Source: Eledone cirrhosa
Lineage: Eukaryota
DNA length: 34,953 nt
Assembly: GCA_964016885.1 (NCBI GenBank)
Contig: CAXHJY010001652.1
Location: forward strand, 1-34,953
Reading direction: 5' to 3'
Shown here: one piece after another, positions 25,601 through 34,953 of the stretch
Layout: the number at the start of each line of letters is the position of its first letter
Position numbering within the stretch: position 1 is the stretch's first letter
Translations under genes and position numbers: made by a program
The notes under the pieces: generated by a model
Databases searched by the model: none
Told to the model about the DNA's origin: nothing
The model's input: the letters and a program-made list of their open reading frames with translations, nothing else

Positions 25601-26193
25601 CCACCATCACTACACCAACACCACCAACGCCACCATCACTACACCAACGCCACCATCACTACACCAACACCACCATCACTACACCAACACCACCATCACT
25701 ACACCAACACCACCATCACTACACCAACACCACCATCACTACACCAACACCACCATCACTACACCAACGCCACCATCACTACACCAACACCACCATCACT
25801 ACACCAACGCCACCATCACTACACCAACACCACCATCACTACACCAACGCCACCATCACTACACCAACACCACTACACCAACACCACCATCACTACACCA
25901 ACACCACCATCACTACACCAACACCACCATCACTACACCAACACCACCATCACTACACCAACACCACCATCACTACACCAACGCCACCATCACTACACCA
26001 ACACCACCAACGCCACCATCACTACACCAACACCACCAACGCCACCATCACTACACCAACACCACCAACGCCACCATCACTACACCAACGCCACCATCAC
26101 TACACCAACACCACCATCACTACACCAACACCACCAACGCCACCATCACTACACCAACGCCACCATCACTACACCAACACCACCATCACTACC
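22683..26193. repeat. 3.5-kb satellite of the 20-mer CACCATCACTACACCAAC(A/G)C
   Basis: About 170 units, with clusters of a 29-bp variant. Confidence 0.97.
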
Positions 26194-26469
26194 ATGTTTT
26201 CAAAAGAACCCACTTCACTGGAAGATTTCATAATTAAGTTTAATTGACTTTTATAAACAAGACACTTAACATACTACTACTACTACTACTACCACTACTA
26301 CTACTACTACTACCACTTCTTACCATTAGCATCAACATGGCTGCTACAGATACCATCTCACCACCACAATTAGCACCCAACCATGCACTCACTCTCATAT
26401 ATATATATATACATATATATATAAGCACACCCTCGACACACCTGAATCCTCTACCTCGGCCCCCACTCC

Positions 26470-27225
26470 CGATTTCATCGACTTTCCCTTTCCCCCAAAT
26501 TGATGGCCTTGTGCCTATATCAGAAACCTCGGACGCCATGCTTTGAAGCATAGAGTTACGTCCCTTTATGATCTGAGTTCAAATCCCGCCGAGGTTAACT
26601 TTGCCTTTCATCCTTACGGGGTCGATAAAATAAAGTACCAGTAATGCACTGATGTAATTGCTGGCCTTGTGCCAAAAGTAGGTGGATTGGCAGTATCAGT
26701 AGAGGGTCGGACGCCATGCTTTCCAGCATAGTTACGTCCCTTTACGATCTGAGTTCAAATCCCGCCGAGGTTGACTTTGCCTTTCATCCTTACGGGGTCG
26801 ATAAAATAAAGTACCAGTAATGCACTGATGTAATTGCTGGCCTTGTGCCAAAAGTAGGTGGATTGGCAGTATCAGTAGAGGGTCGGACGCCATGCTTTCC
26901 AGCATAGTTACGTCCCTTTACGATCTGAGTTCAAATCCCGCCGAGGTTGACTTTGCCTTTCATCCTTACGGGGTCGATAAAATAAAGTACCAGTAATGCA
27001 CTGATGTAATTGCTGGCCTTGTGCCAAAAGTAGGTGGATTGGCAGTATCAGTAGAGGGTCGGACGCCATGCTTTCCAGCATAGTTACGTCCCTTTACGAT
27101 CTGAGTTCAAATCCCGCCGAGGTTGACTTTGCCTTTCATCCTTACGGGGTCGATAAAATAAAGTACCAGTAATGCACTGATGTAATTGCTGGCCTTGTGC
27201 CTAAAGTAGAGACAATTATTAATAA
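26470..27225 (+). mobile_element. Head-to-tail tandem array of the Nin-domain SINE, 176-bp period
   Basis: Units start at 26681, 26857 and 27033, preceded by a partial unit (26529-26680) and a tail fragment. Confidence 0.92.
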
Positions 27226-27284
27226 AACATAAAAATTGCAAATTATGTCCAAATATTTGTGCGGACAACCGGTTGGCGACTGCT

Positions 27285-27378
27285 GCTCCAGAACACAACG
27301 CACCACCCGGCTTGAGAATCGAACTCAAAACCTCACGATTGCAAGCCCAACGTTCGAACCACTAAGCCATACGCCTTA
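27285..27378 (-). mobile_element. Diverged tRNA-like SINE head
   Basis: Minus strand GGCGTATGGCTTAGTGGTT...GAGTTCGATTCTC. Confidence 0.65.
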
Positions 27379-27570
27379 CTACTGTTATCATATTCATTAC
27401 ATAAAACCGTGGGATGGTTAGGTTGTTTATTATGTACAAGGGTTGTTTGTTCTAGTTTATATAAGTTTTAATATTTTATATATTGTTAGCTAAATTAGGT
27501 GTGGTGGACAATGATAAACTACACTTAGACAATTAAATAATTTAAAGTAATTCAATACTGGTTATTTTTA

Positions 27571-27618
<48 letters not shown>

Positions 27619-27783
27619 GTAATAATAATAAATTTGAAGACTAAAATCCAAAGAGGGCTCGATAAGGATAAATATATATCAAATATATAAGAACCGTAGA
27701 GCAAATATTTATTTGTTTCATAAGATCCCGTTAAGGGTGAAAGCAGCGATTCTTTGCTTAAACTTTAATCTGTTATTTTAATA
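27619..27783. mobile_element. Family B repeat
   Basis: Matches 10260-10360. Confidence 0.7.
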
Positions 27784-27799
27784 TATATATATATATATT

Positions 27800-27996
<197 letters not shown>

Positions 27997-28021
27997 ATAT
28001 TATTTAAACGTATATAGGGCA

Positions 28022-28208
28022 GTGGATTGGCAGTATCGGTAGAGGGTCGGACGCCATGCTTTCCAGCATAGTTACGTCTCTTTACGATCTGAGTTCAAAT
28101 CCCGCCGAGGTTGACTTTACCTTTCATCCTGACGGGGTCGATAAAATAAAGTACCAGTAATGCACTGGGTAATTGCTGGCCTTGTGCCTAAAGTAGAAAC
28201 AATTATTT
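28022..28208 (+). mobile_element. Nin-domain SINE, full length
   Basis: Matches the array unit. Confidence 0.9.
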
Positions 28209-28339
28209 ATACGTATATATACACTATATATAATTATAAACAGGAAAGATCAGTATTTTTTATTTTTTACCACCTTAATACCAGTTTGAAAAATAGCTCA
28301 ATGTAAATACATCAGATGTCTTACAGAGCAGGAATGTAA

Positions 28340-28704
28340 ATTACAGAATAATCAAAACTATGTTCAAAACATTTTATTGCTGACAATCGTTTGGAATCAT
28401 CGGAGCATTGCCAAAGTTTAAACATATAATTATATAATTAACCTCCTATTCCACAGAACAATCGTAAAGATATGTAGATATTACTGTTGTTATCAATAGT
28501 GTGATATTTAAAGAGTGAAGATGATGTGGTCAGTATCAGTGGTCGTAACAAAGATTATAAAAGAATTATAAAATCATCCTGTGGAATAGGAAGTTAATTA
28601 TATGTTTAAACTTTGCCAATGCTCCGATGATTCCAAACGAATGTTTGGAAGAAACGATTGTCAGCATTAAAATGTTTTGAACATAGTTTTGATTATTCTG
28701 TAAT
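28340..28704. mobile_element. Inverted-repeat cassette carrying a hammerhead
   Basis: Arms 28340-28456 and 28579-28704. Confidence 0.75.
28618..28668 (+). ncRNA. Type I hammerhead motif with U4-to-C core
   Basis: Stem I AATGCT/AGCATT; CCGATGA; stem II TTCCAAAC-GAAT-GTTTGGAA; GAAA; stem III ACGATTGT; GUC. Confidence 0.7.
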
Positions 28705-28774
28705 ATATATATATATATACATATATACCAAAATGGGGGCGGTAAAATCCGTTAGACCATTATTCATTAGGGTA

Positions 28775-28830
28775 CTCGGATCTAGTTGTTGAAACGACAG
28801 GAGCTCAGTTGTCGGGGTTCCGAATTTTTC
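28775..28830 (+). mobile_element. Diverged family A fragment
   Basis: GAAACGACAGGAGCTCAGTTGTCGGGGT. Confidence 0.5.
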
Positions 28831-28858
28831 ATTTATATATATATATATATATATATTC

Positions 28859-28892
<34 letters not shown>

Positions 28893-28898
<6 letters not shown>

Positions 28899-29412
28899 TC
28901 TACTTTTGGCACAAGGCCAGCAATTATCCCAGTGTATTACTAGTACTTTATTTTATCGACGCCGTAAGGATGAAAGGCAAAGTTAACCTCGGCGGGATTT
29001 GAACTCAGAATGGAAAGGGCCGTAACTCTATGCGTCAAAGCATAGCGTCCGACCCTCTACCGATACTGCCAATCCACATATATATGAAAGGCAAAGCTAA
29101 CCATAACGGGATTCGAACTCAGAAGGTAAAGGGCTGTAACTCCATGCCGCGCAAACAATGGTGTCCAACTCTCAACTAATACAGTTAATAATGGTAATTA
29201 TTATCATTTTTACTGTAAGCACAAGAGCAGCAATTTTGGGGAAGGGGAAAGTCGATTAGATCGACCCCATTACATTACTGGTACTTTATTTTATTGAACC
29301 CCATAAGGATGAAAGGTAAAGCTAACCTCGCCGGGGTTCGAACTCAGAACGTAAAGGGGTGTAACGTGTAACCCCATGGGGCATAGCATGTTGTCCGACG
29401 CTCTACTAATAC
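28893..29412 (-). mobile_element. Cluster of three Nin-domain SINE copies
   Basis: Approximately 28893-29077, 29085-29180 and 29200-29412. Confidence 0.85.
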
Positions 29413-29414
29413 AG

Positions 29415-29515
29415 TCAACAACAACACCAACAACACCAACAACACCAACACCACCAACACCACCACCACCACCAACAACACCACCACCAACACCAACACC
29501 AACAACAACACCACC

Positions 29516-29546
<31 letters not shown>

Positions 29547-29952
29547 CCAATAACAACAACAACAACAACACCGATAACAACAACACCAATAACAACAACA
29601 ACACCACCAACACCACCACTACACCACCACCACCACCACTACACCACCACCACCACCACCACTACACCACCACCCTCACCACCACCACCACTACACCACC
29701 ACTACACCACCACCCTCACCACCACCACCACCACCACCACTACACCACCACCCTCACCACCACCACCACCACTTCACCACCACCACCACCACTACACCAC
29801 CACCACCACCACCACTACACCACCACCCTCACCACCACCACCACTACACCACCACTACACCACCACCCTCACCACCACCACCACCACCACTACACCACCA
29901 CCCTCACCACCACCACCACCACTTCACCACCACCACCACCACCAATAACAAC
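29415..29952. repeat. (CAA)n/(CAC)n compound tract
   Basis: Seen directly. Confidence 0.9.
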
Positions 29953-30132
29953 TGATAAAGTACACTAATAGTTTTACACCAGTATTACTTGTAGATAGAG
30001 AGATGTGTATCAGCTGGAGTTCTCAAGACCATTTCCTATCTACTTAAAGATATATACGATATATATACATATATATATACATATATATACATATGTGTGT
30101 GTGTATGTGTGTGTATATGTACGATCTCTCTC

Positions 30133-30171
<39 letters not shown>

Positions 30172-30188
30172 ACGATCTATCTCTCTCA

Positions 30189-30224
<36 letters not shown>

Positions 30225-30420
30225 CCGACATCCAGAGTTGACATTGCACTTTGGGAGCCCCTACATGGACACACTAGAAGAGGAAGACCAAGGTTAACAT
30301 ATGTTGATGCCCTAAGGACAGACACTGGTCTGTTGGAGACGCAGGACATGGCAGCGATAATGAGGGACAGAGACCGCTGGAGAGAACTCGTCCATGGATC
30401 TCGGGAATTTTACCCGCCTT

Positions 30421-30422
<2 letters not shown>
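30225..30422 (+). mobile_element. RTE-clade LINE 3' end in (TA)n
   Basis: ALWEPLHGHTRRGRPRLTYVDALRTDTG...MRDRDRWRELV, the typical RTE C-terminus. Confidence 0.85.
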
Positions 30423-30459
<37 letters not shown>

Positions 30460-30610
30460 AATATGATAATAATGGAGCTGCGGCGTTGCAAATGGGTTAC
30501 ATATGAAAAAGTAAGTCCTTCATCAGTGGCCTTCCAACCGTCCTAGGTATTTCATCACTTTAAAGGCCATATACCTCAGGTTGGTGCGAGCAACGGCTAA
30601 AAAAGTCGTT

Positions 30611-30667
<57 letters not shown>

Positions 30668-30670
30668 TAA

Positions 30671-30839
30671 GTTATTCCGGGTTGAATCGGAGGTAACCAC
30701 AGTAAGTAAGGTACTCAATACATAGCAGAGTATAAAGTTTTAATATAGATGAGATTCTACAGGACTAGAACTGTTTCATTCAATTCTTGATGGTTTCTCA
30801 AGAATGAAACAGTTCTAGTCCTGTAGAATCTCATCTATA

Positions 30840-30843
<4 letters not shown>
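30671..30843. mobile_element. Family C copy with degenerate hammerhead (TTGATGG core)
   Basis: Homologous to 287-478; arms 30740-30781 and 30802-30843. Confidence 0.75.
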
Positions 30844-30894
<51 letters not shown>

Positions 30895-31014
30895 GTGTGT
30901 GTGTGTATATATATATATGTGAATATATGTATGGGTGTGTGTTCACGATATATATATATCGTATATATATATATGCGTGTGATTAAGTATGTGTGTGTGT
31001 TTTTACGCTATACA

Positions 31015-31053
<39 letters not shown>

Positions 31054-31268
31054 TCTTAATCTAAAAGTAATATAAGATATATACATATATGCAAAACTAC
31101 TTGAGATAAGTACAGGTATACGAAACGTCATCTAGATATTCGAGATATAAAGATAGATATATTTCAATCTCTTACTCTAAATTGTAGTAATTTTTATTAG
31201 AAAATTTTCATTTTAAACAGCGACGACCCACAATTTAAATCCTGTCGAGGTTAACTTTGCCTTTCATC

Positions 31269-31310
<42 letters not shown>

Positions 31311-31317
31311 GTTATCA

Positions 31318-31511
31318 TTTATTTTGTTTTGACCTGTTTAGCTTGATTTGTTTTTTGGCTTAGGTGGTGAATGCCTTCCTGACTACTTTTCAGTTTGTAT
31401 GGCGTTTGTATATTGATTAGTTCTAGTTTTATTAACTATTGAGCGCTTGCCAGCATTTCTACGATTTTGCGTTTCGTTTCGCTTTTTCTACCAGCCGAAA
31501 TACGATTCTCG
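31318..31511 (+). mobile_element. Family D 3' segment, diverged
   Basis: Shares TTGAGC(A/G)CTTGCCA and GCCGAAATACGATTCTCG with 14825-15013. Confidence 0.55.
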
Positions 31512-31540
31512 CTGAATATATATATAATATATATATATAT

Positions 31541-31919
31541 ACTCTTTTACTCTTTTACCTGTTTCAGCCATCCGGCTGAGGCCATGCTGGGGCACCGCCC
31601 TTGTTGCTACACATTTTATCTCCAGCCTGTATAGGTTGGCCACTGGTGTAAGAGGGAGTTTGTTGTTGCTGCCCTTAGGTTTCCCTCGTGCCTTGCTGTG
31701 GGCTCATCCGGGATCCTGGATAACAAGGTGTCGAGATGTTTCTTGAAGACATCCACCTCCACGTCATGCAAATCTCTCAGATCCCTCGGCAGCCTGTTGA
31801 AGAGTTGAGGGCCCTTGAATCCCAGGCTATTGCAATACCTGCTCCTTATTCTAGACGTGGAAGACGGGACCTTTGGCACCACACAGTGACGTTCTGTTCG
31901 ACGGTTGGTCCAGCTCCCA

Positions 31920-31920
<1 letters not shown>
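31541..31920 (-). mobile_element. CR1-group LINE 3' end
   Basis: NSLGFKGPQLFNRLPRDLR...FKKHLDTLLSRIPDEP...AATTNSL; short 3' UTR ending in (GTAAAAGA)n. Confidence 0.8.
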
Positions 31921-31995
<75 letters not shown>

Positions 31996-32004
31996 GTATA
32001 TATA

Positions 32005-32388
32005 TAAAGGATGAAAGGCAAAGTTGTCCTCAGCGTGATTTGAACTCACGATGTATGCAAAGAGCAGAAGAAATGACATAAAACATTCTATCCGACGCTC
32101 TACCGATTCTACTAATCCAGCGCCCTTCCCCACCATCACTAATAACGGTTTCTGATATAGGCACCATCAAGGCCATCAATTTTGGAGGAGGGGAAAGTTG
32201 ATTAAATTACCCCAGTACATTACTGGTACTTTATTTTATCGACTCCGTAAGGATGAGAGGCAAAGTTAACCTCGGCGGCATTTGAACTCGGATCATAAAG
32301 GGCCGTAACTTTATGCCGCGAAGCATGGCGTCCGACCCTCTACCAATTCTGCCAATCCAGCACCTTTCCCCACCATCAGTAATAACGG
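32005..32388 (-). mobile_element. Two tandem Nin-domain SINE copies
   Basis: Approximately 32005-32135 (head part) and 32140-32388 (full). Confidence 0.85.
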
Positions 32389-32615
32389 TAAATATGTTTA
32401 TTCCACGTAAATATTTATCTAAAAGCAGCAACTTAACATCAAATATGTCGGTATGGGATCTTATCGTCTGCAAGGCACCGATGTTGTTTTACTTTCTTAA
32501 TATAAGCGATACTTTACACACTTCCCTTTCTAGATATCTAGTGTAGGAAGTATCTGTTAAAAGGGAGGATAAACTCAAGAGAGTCAACTGCCAGCAAATA
32601 GCGTGTATATATGCT

Positions 32616-32672
<57 letters not shown>

Positions 32673-32723
32673 CTGTATGTACGTTTATATAGATGTATAT
32701 TCATATATAAAATAGGTATATGT

Positions 32724-32779
<56 letters not shown>

Positions 32780-32979
32780 AATATATATATATATATTTGA
32801 ATATATATATACACACACAAGTGTGTGAGTATGTGTGTATCTCGCGAGATATACGGTTAGTTAGATATTTATGCTTCATATACACACAATATATATATAT
32901 ATATATACATTTGTGTGTGTGTGTGTGTTTATGAAATATGTCAACACTGACTAACCAATACCACATCACTTTGATAACG

Positions 32980-33025
<46 letters not shown>

Positions 33026-33295
33026 GGGGGAAAGTATGAACACCACCTAATCTTATCTTGGCCCCTGTTACCCCTAACTTCCCTCTTCCTCATCAGTCTT
33101 TCCCTATCAGTTCTGGGGGTGCCTCGTGCCAAATTTAGAAGGGATTATATCAGATAACACATAACAAACCTTCTCAACTGTATCAAACCCACCGTTCATT
33201 TATTTGATTATACGGTGATATGATTTCACTGACTTTATCTCCTGCACATGCGCACTCTCCTTCATTATTCGGACCCCGCTATTTATCTTTCTAAC

Positions 33296-33652
<357 letters not shown>

Positions 33653-33927
33653 ATCATTTCCTATCCTCGATCCATCTGCCCACCCCCCTCTCTCTCTCTC
33701 TCACCCAATCTCTTTCTCGTCAGCTCCTCTCCTTTCTGTCTATTTCTCAATCTATCTCTAAATCTAAACGCTCGTGCTGACATGCCTCATTACAATCCTG
33801 AATCCAGTGTGTAATGTGAATACAGGTTTCTAAAAGTTGTAAGGCAAAGCCGACCTGGCCAGGATTTGAGCGTAGAACGTAGAGCAAACACTACACTGCT
33901 TATATATATATACATATATATATATAT

Positions 33928-34147
33928 GTGAAGGCGTGTGGCTGAGTGGTTAGAGAATCGGATTCGCAATCGTAAGGTTGTGAGTTCGATTCCTGGACCA
34001 GGCGGTGCGTTATGTCCTTGAACAAGACACTTTATTTCACGTTGCTCCTTCTACCTGGAGTTGCGACCGATAGATAGTATTAGCAATTGGAAAGACCAAC
34101 GGAAACATTGTTCCCTCGGTCCGATTTGACGAAAGTCGATCGTTCCT
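33928..34147 (+). mobile_element. tRNA-derived CORE-type SINE, full length
   Basis: A and B boxes, CORE-like block, (TA)n flanks. Confidence 0.85.
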
Positions 34148-34364
34148 TTAAATATATATATATATATACAGATAAATCCACCAATTAATGGTAGTGTCTA
34201 AGCCGTATGAAGAACTCAATGTAATCCGTCTGTAGAAGATGTCGTGAAGCAAAGTTCAAAATACAAAATTTTCAACGATATAATTCATTGGATACAGAGT
34301 CAAGAATAGAAATAGTAAAACAATGAAATTAAACAAAAAACGGTTAATTCATAGTAAAACTCAT

Positions 34365-34495
34365 TATTTTACGATCGTTTCTGAGTGGTAGTTCCCCGTA
34401 TCTCCATTCTATTATTGATCTATGAAAAATATATTACAAAATATCATAGTAAGAAAATATACATACGTCTTCACTACCCGCCGTCTTCAGAAATA
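34365..34495 (-). ncRNA. Type I hammerhead motif with a stem II domain of about 100 nt
   Basis: Minus strand: TATTT-CTGAAGA-C..GGTAGT...ACTACC..A-GAAACGATCGTA-AAATA; palindromic stem III ACGATCGT. Confidence 0.55.
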
Positions 34496-34500
34496 TATAT

Positions 34501-34587
34501 AACGTGAAATAAAGTGTCTTGTTCAAGGACATAACGCACCGCCTGGTCCAGGAATCGAACTCACAACCTTACGATTGCGAATCCGAA
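34501..34587 (-). mobile_element. CORE-type SINE fragment
   Basis: Reverse complement of 33958-34043, sharing its diagnostic bases. Confidence 0.85.
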
Positions 34588-34730
34588 TATATATATATAT
34601 ATAAGAGAACGAAAGTACAAACACGGACAGGGATATGAAATCTCTTCTCTAAATATGTATGTAAAAACTAATAATTTTTCTTCCCCTTTTTATTATTCGT
34701 ATACATATGCAACATAACCACATTATGCAT

Positions 34731-34787
34731 ATTCCGCAGTTGAAAAAGCATATAATGCTGAAACCGGTACCATTATTAAATGCGGAA
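34731..34787 (+). ncRNA. Hammerhead motif, U3-A8 core variant
   Basis: TTGAAAA at 34740-34746; stem II AGCAT-ATA-ATGCT; GAAA at 34760-34763; stem III ACCGGT; GUA; distal helix TTCCGCA/TGCGGAA; proximal stem I is weak. Confidence 0.55.
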
Positions 34788-34877
34788 ATATCCAATTTAT
34801 AAATAAATGTTTTGATATTATACTGAAAGAATCTCTTCACCATTTTCTACTGAAAAAATCTTTTTCCTCTCTACTAT

Positions 34878-34943
<66 letters not shown>

Positions 34944-34953
34944 CATATTTAAG

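Noticed and set aside
22683-26193. Telomeric repeat or mucin-like exon
   Set aside because: Not TTAGGG-like, and the 20-bp period is not codon-phased.
30500-30570. Minus-strand CTGATGA as a hammerhead
   Set aside because: Stem II-GAAA-stem III could not be closed.
33928-34005. tRNA gene
   Set aside because: A and B boxes are present, but it continues into a SINE body with a second full-length copy and no clean acceptor stem.

Overview
Gene-free, AT-rich eukaryotic DNA, probably from a cephalopod/octopus (inferred from the Nin-domain and CORE-type tRNA SINEs and the density of (TA)n, (CA)n and (GA)n). Almost all ORF-track entries are microsatellite artefacts. The only real coding signal comes from dead LINE 3' fragments: Tx1/L1 (zf-RVT), RTE (two copies), CR1-group, and a bipartite RTE-derived element with a C2H2 finger. 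The main hidden feature is a set of short non-coding cassettes inserted in (TA)n tracts, belonging to at least six unrelated sequence families. They carry type I hammerhead ribozyme motifs typical of Penelope-like pLTRs or retrozymes. These include three copies of a U3-A8 covariant core (UUGAAAA), two motifs with very large stem II domains, and several arranged as long inverted repeats. The window also holds about 20 SINE copies (one 176-bp tandem array, one SINE containing a satellite), piggyBac- and mariner-type MITEs, a 3.5-kb 20-mer satellite and several minisatellites. All RNA folds were read by eye, and no activity is demonstrated.
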